Below are positions 36,417 to 45,848 of a stretch of DNA of 64,000 nucleotides, piece by piece. A program made the translations under genes and the position numbers. Position 1 is the first letter of the stretch. Each line of letters opens with the position of its first letter. This DNA is from Candidatus Altimarinota bacterium (GTDB lineage: Bacteria; Patescibacteriota; Gracilibacteria; CAIRYL01). The stretch lies in NCBI GenBank assembly GCA_965250085.1, contig OZ252287.1, forward strand, positions 1,184,001 to 1,248,000, in the 5' to 3' direction. Below the pieces are notes generated by a model. It made no database searches. It saw nothing but the letters and a program-made list of their open reading frames with translations, and was not told the DNA's origin.

Positions 36417-38774
36417 CTAGTTACTCAACACGTGCTCAATCTTTGTAGTTGATTCGTCTGCTTCACCCAAATCAATCCATTGGATATTTACACCATCTTC
36501 TCCATCATCAGTGCCGGCATCGCGCCAAATAATGCCATCAACTCCTGGGAATGATCCATTAATATCAATACTGGTGACCACTTGGGCATCACCTCCAGTG
36601 AGAGCAATATCGGCACGGATAGAATAGGTTTCTGAAGGATTTTTGATGCCGTCATACAAATCTCCACTGCTGGTAGGAAGTTCTGCGAGAGAGCTGGTAT
36701 TGAAGAGAAGACCATTGGCACCAGCTGATCCGGCATCGTTTGCACCGTCTCCATTGCTGTCTTCTATGCCCGCAGTCAAGATGTATGTATTACCAGATGT
36801 CGGCACTTTGCTGTAGGAGATGAGCTCATTACTGCTGTTATAGAGACCCACATTATCAATGGTAACACCTCCGGAAATAGAGACATCTGCCTCCACGGCA
36901 TGTAAAAATGCATCGGAAGAATTTGCTTTGGTCAGGGTCAATCTCAAAAGATCATCTTGCGAAGCAGGAACGAGATTTGTTGAATCATCCACTTTTTCTG
37001 CTATGACGTTATTGGCAAATACATACATGGTGTTTCCTTTTGTATTTCCACTGAGAGTAGCAAGAGAGATTTCATTGCCAGAATCCACTCCGCGCACAGT
37101 ACTTTCTCCAGTGGTATCTATTTCTAGAGCAAATGCCATGCCCGATCGAGCACTGGTATTGTCTGAAACTTCTTTGAGCTGTACCGCCACCATAAAGAGC
37201 AAGTCATCGTCTTCATCCGCAATAAGGTTCAAATCTTCAAAAAAAGCACTCCCGCTCGAAATACTGACAGTTCTTGCCGCTGATCCATTTTTGGTCAACA
37301 CTGGCGCACCAGTAGATCCATCATAAAGAGCTACTTCTGCAATAGCATTGTGATCATTAGCAATATCAATTCCCAACTCACTAGTAGTGTCGGCATTTAC
37401 AATTTTAAGAGTGATGTCTTCTATATGAGCCGATTCGTTCTGAGCTTCAAACTCAAATATGGCAACCGGCACATCTTCCTCGCCAGAAACAATGGCTTCA
37501 TCAGGGGTATTGGACCCACTTACGGCTCCTCCCAAACTTCCCACTTCAGTGAGGGTAAACACCGGTCCTGTGCTTATGCCGGAGTTGGAAATAGTTACGG
37601 AATTTCCAATACTGTCTTCTATCTCAAGCTCGCTCATATCCAGTTCCATTTGAAGAGTTGCTCCATCTGCAGAAAGAGAAGAGGCAATATTCACCTGGAG
37701 AGATATGATGACTTCTGCACCACTGGGGATATGAATTCCTGAGGACCCATTGAGCAGAGTCAATGTGCCGCCTTGCAGAGTATCTGACGTATTTACCAGG
37801 AGGGTATTACTTCCGCTTTCCGCTGCTTTGAGATGAAACTGCAAAGTATCTCCGTCCAGTGCAGTGCCGATACTCTGAAATACCATTTTTCGAATGGTGA
37901 TATCACGAACACTATTGGCTCGAAATATACTCGTCCAGACAGGAGCATTTTTGGTGCCAGCAACATAGGTATTGGATACCAAAGTGCTTGAAAGAGCTTC
38001 TCCACTGGTGTCATCGGTTTCTTTTTCTGAAGGACTTTCTTCATTTGGTTCTGGTGAAGTCTCATCAGATTGGGCGCCATTCTTTTCTTTAAGGAGCCTA
38101 TAGAGAGCCACAGCTACTTCGTTTCTCGTGAGATCTTGATGAGGAAGCAAGAGATCAGATCTCTTTGGAAAGAGCGTATATTTTTCGGAAGCACCTGAAT
38201 ATGGTGCAAACCAGTCACTGGACGAGACATCTTCGTATAAGTAGCTCAAATTTTCTTCCAGTTCAAAGGTCTTCACAATCATTTTGAGAAATTGAGATGT
38301 TGTCACTGGATCGGCCGGACCAAAGGTGCCATCTCCGTACCCATTGACGATAAAAAGCTCCAATCCTTTGAGGACATATCGTTCATACCATGCTCCTGAA
38401 GGAACATCAGTAAAAAAATTACTACTTCGAAAATCAGTTATTTCTCCATATTTTGCAAGCAATATCATCTTGAGTGCTTCTGCACGATTCACCAGTCGCA
38501 ATCCTTCAAAATTTCCGTTTTCTGCTCCATTTACCACACTCCGTCTCCAAAGTTCTGCAGCAGATCCCCCCTCCAGAGACTCCAAATTTGTGTCTGGAAA
38601 AGGATTTTGGTATGAAGAAAATATCACCAGCACTTCATCATCTAGTTCTGCCGTAGGAAGAGTTTGAGACTCTTGAGCCACTACGTCTATTGAAAAGAAA
38701 GACAGAGCGCTGATGAGAAAAAAAGTACAGAGTTTTAGAGATTGTATACGCCAAGAGGCAACAATAGATTTCAT
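36417..38774 (-). CDS. SLH-domain surface protein with beta-rich C-terminal domains
   Basis: Signal peptide; SLH repeats NPFPD..VNRAEALK, FTDVPSGAWY..GYGDGTFGP, YEDVSSSDWFAPY..LTRNEVA. Confidence 0.88.
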   Translation of the reverse strand: MKSIVASWRIQSLKLCTFFLISALSFFSIDVVAQESQTLPTAELDDEVLVIFSSYQNPFPDTNLESLEGGSAAELWRRSVVNGAENGNFEGLRLVNRAEALKMILLAKYGEITDFRSSNFFTDVPSGAWYERYVLKGLELFIVNGYGDGTFGPADPVTTSQFLKMIVKTFELEENLSYLYEDVSSSDWFAPYSGASEKYTLFPKRSDLLLPHQDLTRNEVAVALYRLLKEKNGAQSDETSPEPNEESPSEKETDDTSGEALSSTLVSNTYVAGTKNAPVWTSIFRANSVRDITIRKMVFQSIGTALDGDTLQFHLKAAESGSNTLLVNTSDTLQGGTLTLLNGSSGIHIPSGAEVIISLQVNIASSLSADGATLQMELDMSELEIEDSIGNSVTISNSGISTGPVFTLTEVGSLGGAVSGSNTPDEAIVSGEEDVPVAIFEFEAQNESAHIEDITLKIVNADTTSELGIDIANDHNAIAEVALYDGSTGAPVLTKNGSAARTVSISSGSAFFEDLNLIADEDDDLLFMVAVQLKEVSDNTSARSGMAFALEIDTTGESTVRGVDSGNEISLATLSGNTKGNTMYVFANNVIAEKVDDSTNLVPASQDDLLRLTLTKANSSDAFLHAVEADVSISGGVTIDNVGLYNSSNELISYSKVPTSGNTYILTAGIEDSNGDGANDAGSAGANGLLFNTSSLAELPTSSGDLYDGIKNPSETYSIRADIALTGGDAQVVTSIDINGSFPGVDGIIWRDAGTDDGEDGVNIQWIDLGEADESTTKIEHVLSN

Positions 38775-38903
38775 AAACATACAAAGTAAAATATATTGCA
38801 AGGGTCTGGAGTATATCACATGGCGTCAAGACCCCAGCAAAATATATCGACTTTTTGTGGTAGAATGCGCCAAAATGCCTGTGAAATTGATTTGGTATAC
38901 ATC

Positions 38904-39833
38904 ATGAAAAAAAAGAAGGTTCTCTTTTGGGGCACTCCGGCGATTGCAGCGCATATTCTGCAAATGCTTGCTCAGAGCAACATTTTTGAAATTTCTGCGG
39001 TTGTTACAAATCCAGATGCACCCCAGGGAAGAGGGCAACAAATGATGCCGTCTCCCGTAAAAGAAACAGCAGGAAAAATCAATGTTCCAGTGCTCACTCC
39101 TCATAAACTCGATAATGATTTTTTTCAGGCACTTGATGAGATATCTGCAGATCTGTTTTTGGTCGTGGCATACGGGAAAATCCTTCCACAAAAATTTCTT
39201 GATCTCCCTTCGCTGGGAGCATATAACCTGCACTTTTCTCTGCTTCCGAAATACAGAGGAGCGTCTCCAGTGCAAAGTACACTTCTGACGGGTGAAAAGA
39301 TGTCGGGATTTAGTATATTTCGCCTGACAAAAGAAATGGATGCAGGAGATATTTTTGTTCAAGAGGAGATGAATATTTTTCACAAAAATTCACAAGAGGT
39401 TTTTGATAATATGGTGCAGAAGGGAGGAAAAGCACTTGTACAATTTACGGAGAATATGTGTGAAGGAAAGCAAGGATTCTCATTCACTCAAGATGACAGG
39501 AATGCCACATATTGCCAAAAACTTAAGAAATCTGATGGGCAAATTTTTCCAGAAAAAGAAACCACCGAAGAAATTCTGAGAAAATATAGAGCGTTTTACC
39601 TCTGGCCTGGAACGTATTATGTTGATCCAAAGACAAATACGCGTATCAAACTTCTAAAAATAGCCCCTTTCAAAAGGGAGAACACTCTTCATACAGATTC
39701 TCGATTTAGTGAAGTGGCTGGAGAATGTGTTTTTAAAACTGTGGACGGGGTTTTAGCTATTCTCAATGTTCAAGTGGAAGGAAAAAAACCAATGAGCGGC
39801 ATGGAGTTTTGGAACTTCTGGAAACAGGACTAA
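38904..39833 (+). CDS. fmt: Methionyl-tRNA formyltransferase
   Basis: FWGTP, VTNPDAPQGRG, VVAYGKILP, NLHFSLLPKYRGASP, MDAGDI. Confidence 0.95.
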   Translation: MKKKKVLFWGTPAIAAHILQMLAQSNIFEISAVVTNPDAPQGRGQQMMPSPVKETAGKINVPVLTPHKLDNDFFQALDEISADLFLVVAYGKILPQKFLDLPSLGAYNLHFSLLPKYRGASPVQSTLLTGEKMSGFSIFRLTKEMDAGDIFVQEEMNIFHKNSQEVFDNMVQKGGKALVQFTENMCEGKQGFSFTQDDRNATYCQKLKKSDGQIFPEKETTEEILRKYRAFYLWPGTYYVDPKTNTRIKLLKIAPFKRENTLHTDSRFSEVAGECVFKTVDGVLAILNVQVEGKKPMSGMEFWNFWKQD

Positions 39834-39892
39834 AACATTTGACAAAAATACATAAAAGTACGTAATATACTACTATAAGTAGCATAAACAAT

Positions 39893-40729
39893 ATGGCAGA
39901 ATCACCTTCTCAAAAATCATTCGTAGTGCATAGGCCGAATCCTACGGAACAGATTTGTAAAACACTCACCTCCGCTCCTGATATAGATACTGTACAGAGA
40001 GAGCTCATTCATATTTTCAGAGGATTGGGAATTGTAGAAGAAGACATTGGAAATATGGTAGAAAATTCCATAGGAAATAAAAACTTGAAAGAAATTCAGG
40101 CAGCAATTCATGCAAAAGTAGTAGATCAAGATTTACGAAATGCTTCCATAGTCTCCAGAATAAGACTCGCTCCCCTTCGAAGGCATTATGAATCTCTCAC
40201 TGAGTTAGATCGCAAGTATAACGAAAAATTTCGGAAATGGAATGAAGTGGAAAGAGCAATTCCTCATATGTCTGATTTCTTGTCAGGAATAGATTCCTTA
40301 GAGCAAGCTCAAGTGTATTATATTGATGATAATGGTCACCTTATAGTAGGTGATGGATGGCCAGAAGTCGAAACAGAAACTTTAGGACTTGATTATTATA
40401 CATCCCGACTGCAAGCAACAAGACTGTCATATGTGAATGGTGATGGAGAAATTGAAGTCGTAAATGGCGAGGAAACAAAAACGCCTCCTGAAGCAAAAAT
40501 TATCTCAAAAAAAGGCCTCATAACTCTGAAAGAATATAAACATGTGAATAGATCCAGATTTGAGGCACAAGCGACAACAACATGGATTGAAAGTGGCGAA
40601 AATCCTGAGTTTGCCAGGATTGCTTTTTGGGATATAAATAATCGAGTTACTTCGTATGAATGTGACTCCAATACTACAAAAAAAATGCGCGGGTCGCGTC
40701 GTGTGTTGAGGGTCAAATTGGATCTTTAA
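39893..40729 (+). CDS. Hypothetical protein with a DUF4256/CLec-like C-terminal domain
   Basis: Ends TWIESG...ARIAFW...RGSRRVLRV, resembling DUF4256 C-termini (RGFRGSLRV). Confidence 0.55.
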   Translation: MAESPSQKSFVVHRPNPTEQICKTLTSAPDIDTVQRELIHIFRGLGIVEEDIGNMVENSIGNKNLKEIQAAIHAKVVDQDLRNASIVSRIRLAPLRRHYESLTELDRKYNEKFRKWNEVERAIPHMSDFLSGIDSLEQAQVYYIDDNGHLIVGDGWPEVETETLGLDYYTSRLQATRLSYVNGDGEIEVVNGEETKTPPEAKIISKKGLITLKEYKHVNRSRFEAQATTTWIESGENPEFARIAFWDINNRVTSYECDSNTTKKMRGSRRVLRVKLDL

Positions 40730-40850
40730 TCTTAAGTTTTTCTCCTTGGAATATGTCGTATGTCAGCTTGGTGTTATATATATCAAAATGAGACAAAGAT
40801 ATAAATCTTGATCTTGACGAATAGTCAATGATGGGTGACAACAGAAAAAA

Positions 40851-42170
40851 TCACGAGTGTAAAAACCTTTCTCCCACTTCATGTACCGGTCCAGCTCCAA
40901 TAGTGAGGACAACATCTCCAGATTTTGTTTCGTTTCGTAAAATCTGCACTGCGCCTTCAAAATTTTCTGTATATCGTACCTGCTGAGAAGCAGAAATATT
41001 TTTTTGTATTTCTTCCACAAGTTTCTGAGGAGACACTTTTTGTACATCTTCATCAGAGTCTCGTACGCGATAGATATTAGGGATGAGTACTTCATCAGCA
41101 TTCGCAAAGCTTTTCCCAAATGCTTCCAAAAATTCATATGTGCGCGAATATTGATGGGGCTGAAACACGACCCATTTCTTTCGATCGGGATATGTTTGAC
41201 TCAGTGCCTCAAGTGTCACCTTGAGCTCTGTGGGATGATGACCATAGTCATCAATGACGGTGACGCTATTTTTTTCTCCTTTGTACTCAAAGCGACGCCA
41301 TGAACCCTTGAAATCTTTTAAAGCACCTTTGGCGGTTTCTATATCTAATTTTCCCTGAAAGGGTGCGAGGTTCTCAGCTCCTATAAAGAACCCCAGGACT
41401 TTAGCTGCATTTTGACGATGATACTCACCCTTGAGTTGAAGCTGCGGAACTTCAGAGACAAGATCATGAGTAAATATCTCTTTGCCCGTAAACTTGTGTG
41501 CAACACGCTGAACAATTTCATCTGTAAAGTCTGCAACCAGCATTCCTTTGGCAATACCAAGTTTTCCAATAAATTTTTCAAATCCTCGAAAATACTTTTC
41601 AGCAGAGCCATAGTAATCCAAGTGTTCCGGTTCTACATTGGTCAGAAGAATACTGTCTGGATCAAGATACAAAAACGATTCTCGATATTCACAGGCTTCT
41701 ATCACCAGTACGTCACTCTTGCCATCTCTAAAATTTTTGTTTCCCCACTCAAAAACCTTGGTGCCCACCAAAACGGTAGGATCTATTCCAGCTTTTTCTA
41801 AAGCAAGCGCAATCATAACAGTAGTACTGCTTTTTCCGTGTGTACCAGCAATAGCAATTGTATATGTATTTCGTGAAATATCTCCTAAAGCCTCAAAATA
41901 ACTTGCCTCAGGTATGCCATTTTTACGCGCAAAGAGTCTTTCTGAATGGTTCTCCGGGATGGCTTCGCTGTATATAAATCTCTCAATATATTGGGGAATA
42001 TTTTGCGCACTCTGTTTACGAAACACAGTGATTCCTTCATTCTCAAGTTCAGAAAGAAGATCAGAATCAGTGTTATCGCTCCCAAAGACAGTGTATTCAT
42101 GTGCCTTGTAATATCGTGCGAGTGCACTCATTCCAATACCGCCAATACCGCAAAGAAAAACTGTATTCAT
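40851..42170 (-). CDS. murC: UDP-N-acetylmuramate--L-alanine ligase
   Basis: GIGGIGMSALA, AGTHGKSSTT, EACEY, DDYGHHPTE, FQPHQYSRT. Confidence 0.96.
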   Translation of the reverse strand: MNTVFLCGIGGIGMSALARYYKAHEYTVFGSDNTDSDLLSELENEGITVFRKQSAQNIPQYIERFIYSEAIPENHSERLFARKNGIPEASYFEALGDISRNTYTIAIAGTHGKSSTTVMIALALEKAGIDPTVLVGTKVFEWGNKNFRDGKSDVLVIEACEYRESFLYLDPDSILLTNVEPEHLDYYGSAEKYFRGFEKFIGKLGIAKGMLVADFTDEIVQRVAHKFTGKEIFTHDLVSEVPQLQLKGEYHRQNAAKVLGFFIGAENLAPFQGKLDIETAKGALKDFKGSWRRFEYKGEKNSVTVIDDYGHHPTELKVTLEALSQTYPDRKKWVVFQPHQYSRTYEFLEAFGKSFANADEVLIPNIYRVRDSDEDVQKVSPQKLVEEIQKNISASQQVRYTENFEGAVQILRNETKSGDVVLTIGAGPVHEVGERFLHS

Positions 42171-42305
42171 AGACTACAGGATTTTCTCATGCAATATGCT
42201 ATCAGGTAAAGATATATCATGTTGTAAACCTGCTTTTATTGCCTTCTCCGGTTAAATTTTTTTACAATGATGTTACCAAAATCTTATTCTTTTAAAACAT
42301 AACTC

Positions 42306-43757
42306 ATGCTAACACTTTCATTTTCTCCAAAAGTAGATCCAAAGAAACAAAATATTTTGATTCCTCTTTTTTTTGATACTGCAAAAAAACTGGATCCAAA
42401 AGTGCTCAAGCGACTTTCTAATTCCCAAAAAGAGATAATTTTAGAAATTCTCAAAGCGGGTAACTTCCCTGAGAAAGGGATCTTTCCAGTGATGTGTGAG
42501 GAAAGTACTGTATACTTTTATTTTTTGGGAACAAAAAAAGACTATTCTTCACATGAAGCGCGTGAAGCTGGAGAAAATGTATTTTCCTTGGCGAATACGT
42601 ATCGACTTAAGGAGCTTGCAATATTTCCCGGAGAATTGGAAAAAGAGTGTGTGAGTGCATTTCAAGAGGGAGTGGTACTGGGGGCGTATGAATTTGAAGA
42701 ATGGAAAGGGGTCAAGTATCAGGAAAAAACAAAAAAGAAAACAAAATTATCTCATGTACAGTTTGTCCAATCGGAAAATGCGGAATATAAAAAGCGCTTG
42801 GAAATTATTTTTGAAGCAGTAAAATATGCGAAAGATATTATAAATACTCCTTCTCAGGAAGCGACGCCTGGTTATTTGGCAAAACTGGCAGAAAAATTTG
42901 CGAAGAGTTTAAAAAAGGTTTCGGTGAAGATATTTGGTGAGAAAGATTTGAAGAAACTTGGATGCGAGGGAATTCTGAGTGTTGGAAAGGGGAGTGAAGA
43001 AGAATCAAAGCTTATCATTCTTGCATATTCTGCAGGAGGGAAAGAAGCTCCTATTGCTCTTGTGGGCAAAGGAGTTACATTTGATACTGGTGGACTCAGT
43101 ATCAAGCCGGCTCGATATATGGCAACGATGAAGCAAGATCTGGGAGGAGCCGCAACAGTGTTAGGAGCGTTTTATGCTATTGCCTCTTCTGGTGTGAAGA
43201 AAAATGTACTTGCCGTCATTCCAACAGTGGAAAATGCCGTGAGTGCATGCTCTTACAAGCCAGATGATGTTCTAAAAATGTACAATGGAGTCACCGTTGA
43301 AGTGACCAATACAGACGCAGAAGGGAGGCTTATCCTCGCAGATGCACTCGCGTATACAGAAAAGAAGCTCAGTCCACGCGCAATGATTGATCTGGCAACA
43401 CTTACAGGGGCATGTGCGTATGCAGTGGGAAATGACTTTACTGCAGCACTCACCAATAATCGCAAACTTATAACAGCTCTTAAAAAAGCTGCTGATGAAA
43501 CAGACGAGCTTGTATGGGAACTTCCGCTTCATAAAAGATATATCAAACAAATGAAATCTCCAGTAGCGGATATTGTAAATTCTGCTGACAAACTCAAACC
43601 CGGCACAATTGAAGGGGCTCTTTTTTTGAGTCATTTTGTGGCAGAAAAAACGCCATGGTGCCATCTGGATATTGCTTCCGTTGCCTTTGATGATGCAAAA
43701 GGAATGGCGACTGGACAAAATGTCCGACTTTTATTGGAATTAGTAAAAAATTTATAA
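42306..43757 (+). CDS. pepA: Leucyl aminopeptidase (M17)
   Basis: VGKGVTFDTGG, MKQDLGG, NTDAEGRLILAD, ATLTGA, HLDIA. Confidence 0.95.
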   Translation: MLTLSFSPKVDPKKQNILIPLFFDTAKKLDPKVLKRLSNSQKEIILEILKAGNFPEKGIFPVMCEESTVYFYFLGTKKDYSSHEAREAGENVFSLANTYRLKELAIFPGELEKECVSAFQEGVVLGAYEFEEWKGVKYQEKTKKKTKLSHVQFVQSENAEYKKRLEIIFEAVKYAKDIINTPSQEATPGYLAKLAEKFAKSLKKVSVKIFGEKDLKKLGCEGILSVGKGSEEESKLIILAYSAGGKEAPIALVGKGVTFDTGGLSIKPARYMATMKQDLGGAATVLGAFYAIASSGVKKNVLAVIPTVENAVSACSYKPDDVLKMYNGVTVEVTNTDAEGRLILADALAYTEKKLSPRAMIDLATLTGACAYAVGNDFTAALTNNRKLITALKKAADETDELVWELPLHKRYIKQMKSPVADIVNSADKLKPGTIEGALFLSHFVAEKTPWCHLDIASVAFDDAKGMATGQNVRLLLELVKNL

Positions 43758-43830
43758 GCAAAAGAATTGTGAATAAGAAATTCCTTTGCTTTCTTGCGTT
43801 TTCTTTTGTTTTTGGTGAAAATAAGGACAT

Positions 43831-44193
43831 ATGGATCTAGGGAATATCCTTGCTTCCGGCGTACAAATAGACCTTTTGTCACAGGTCAGTTTGATTCCTG
43901 GGGCTGAAATCCCTGGATTTGGTGATGTGGGGAGAGCATTTGTTGATGGAAAATTTACATGGAATCATATTCTTCTCTATGGACTCTATCTGATCAAATT
44001 TATTCTTGGTGCCGCCGGAATCACTGCCATCATAGGCATTATGGAGGGAGGATATGCGTATATATTTGGTACCTTTACTGAATCCAAGGAAAAAGGAAAG
44101 GATAGGATCAAACACACACTTATAGGGTTTGTTCTTGTTATTCTTGCATGGGCTATTGTGGATATTGTGGTAGTGCTGGTAACATCTGGATAG
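43831..44193 (+). CDS. TrbC/VirB2-like pilin (CPR type)
   Basis: AGITAIIGIMEGGYAYI...EKGKDRIKHTLIGFVLVILAWAIV two-helix pilin pattern. Confidence 0.78.
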   Translation: MDLGNILASGVQIDLLSQVSLIPGAEIPGFGDVGRAFVDGKFTWNHILLYGLYLIKFILGAAGITAIIGIMEGGYAYIFGTFTESKEKGKDRIKHTLIGFVLVILAWAIVDIVVVLVTSG

Positions 44194-44239
44194 GTTTTTG
44201 AAGTCGGATTCTTCACCATTTATAATTTTAAATTTTCTC

Positions 44240-45496
44240 ATGCCCATAAAACATGTTTCTCAGGCCTTTTCTCGACTCCAAAAGAAAATAAGAAATCTCC
44301 AAAATCGTCTACAGGAAGATGAGAAAAATATAATTCCACAAGCAGAGCTTCCGAAAGCAGAAGATTCTCAGCGAATGGTAGTAGAAGTGTCACTGTGGGG
44401 AGTTACAAAGACACTTTTCCTTGTAGCAGCGTTTTATCTTGCCTTCTCTTTTTTGGGACGTATTACGAGTATTCTAGTCCTTCTGTTTATATCCTTGTTT
44501 TTTGCAATGACGCTCAGTCCAGGAGTGAATACGTTAGAAAAGAGATTCAAGATGCCGAGAGGCGTTGCCACCATTATATTAATGGTATTTGTTCTTTCAG
44601 CATTTCTCTTGATACTGGGTGGAGTTATTCCTATTTTTGCTGTGGAATTTGCCAAGATATGGGCAGCACTTACTGAATTTGTTACCAAGCTTAGTCAGGA
44701 AGATTTTTCATCACTTCCGATATGGATGAGAGAGATTATAGAAGAAGCAGTGCCAGTGATTCAGGATTATTTTCGCCGCATTAGCCCTGAAGAGCTCCAG
44801 TCAACCATTGCAAATTTTGCCAAAGATAATCTAGGGGAATACCTGAGCCAAGTTGGCAATATTGTAGGAGGTGGTATTTCACTTCTTTTCACACTTTTTG
44901 GAGGAGTGTTTCAGGCGATATTAGTACTCGTGCTCACTTTCTTTCTGGTACTTGAAAAAGGGCAAATGTCAAAATTTTTTGTGGGATTATTTCCTAAAAA
45001 ATACCACACATATCTCATTCATAAAGGCAATGAAGTAGAAACAAAAATCACCGAATGGGTTCATGGACAGGTCATGCTCTTTCTTATTGTTGGAGGAATT
45101 GCATATGTAGGTCTCACTATTTTAGGAATAGAGTATGCCCTTACACTTGCACTTATTGCAGGACTCGCAGAGTTTATTCCATATGTAGGACCTGCTATTG
45201 CATTCGCTTCTGCGGCGCCAGTAGCATTTAATGTCTCATTTTCTATTGGAGTTGCGACCATGATATTCTATGCATTTCTACAGGCCCTTGAAGGGAATAT
45301 AATCATTCCTCTGGTAATGAAAAAAGCAGTAGGAATTCCTCCTGTGGTGACTATCATTGCGATGCTTATTGGATGGGAATTTTTGGGGATCATCGGAATG
45401 ATCCTGGCGATACCAATTGCTTCTGTGCTTTCGCTTTTTGTGGATGATTATTCGGTATATGTAGAGGGCAATAGAAAAAAGAAAACAAAGAAGTAG
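44240..45496 (+). CDS. AI-2E family transporter
   Basis: WVHGQ, EFIPYVGP, QALEGNIIIPLVM, GMILAIP. Confidence 0.93.
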   Translation: MPIKHVSQAFSRLQKKIRNLQNRLQEDEKNIIPQAELPKAEDSQRMVVEVSLWGVTKTLFLVAAFYLAFSFLGRITSILVLLFISLFFAMTLSPGVNTLEKRFKMPRGVATIILMVFVLSAFLLILGGVIPIFAVEFAKIWAALTEFVTKLSQEDFSSLPIWMREIIEEAVPVIQDYFRRISPEELQSTIANFAKDNLGEYLSQVGNIVGGGISLLFTLFGGVFQAILVLVLTFFLVLEKGQMSKFFVGLFPKKYHTYLIHKGNEVETKITEWVHGQVMLFLIVGGIAYVGLTILGIEYALTLALIAGLAEFIPYVGPAIAFASAAPVAFNVSFSIGVATMIFYAFLQALEGNIIIPLVMKKAVGIPPVVTIIAMLIGWEFLGIIGMILAIPIASVLSLFVDDYSVYVEGNRKKKTKK

Positions 45497-45549
45497 TAAG
45501 TAGTAAGTAGTAAGTAGTAAGTAGTAAGTAGTAAGTAGTAAGTAGTAAG
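45491..45549 (+). repeat. Perfect heptamer tandem repeat (AAGTAGT)x8
   Basis: Directly visible; the first unit contains the AI-2E stop codon. Confidence 0.97.
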
Positions 45550-45848
45550 GCATTTTCTTTTTTGATAACGTGTTAACACGTTGATACATAATTGTTTGAT
45601 GCAAACCTTCTTTTTCTAAAGTCCGTATTGAGATTCAAACCTGAAAAAATTTCATTAAGGACTCTCATTGCAATCGTCAGGAATTTGGTTTTCAGTACTG
45701 CTTCAACTCAAAAGTTTTGAGATACTAAAACATTTCGATGAAGATTTTTTAAAAAGGATTCAAAATTTTGAATCCCTACGGGACACAGAACACACCAATC
45801 CAGGGGGAGAGGAAAAAGTAAAGCGGTCACTATTTATACTTCACACTT

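Noticed and set aside
45491-45549. CRISPR array
   Set aside because: Pure 7-bp tandem repeat without spacers; no cas genes or repeat-spacer periodicity seen in the window.
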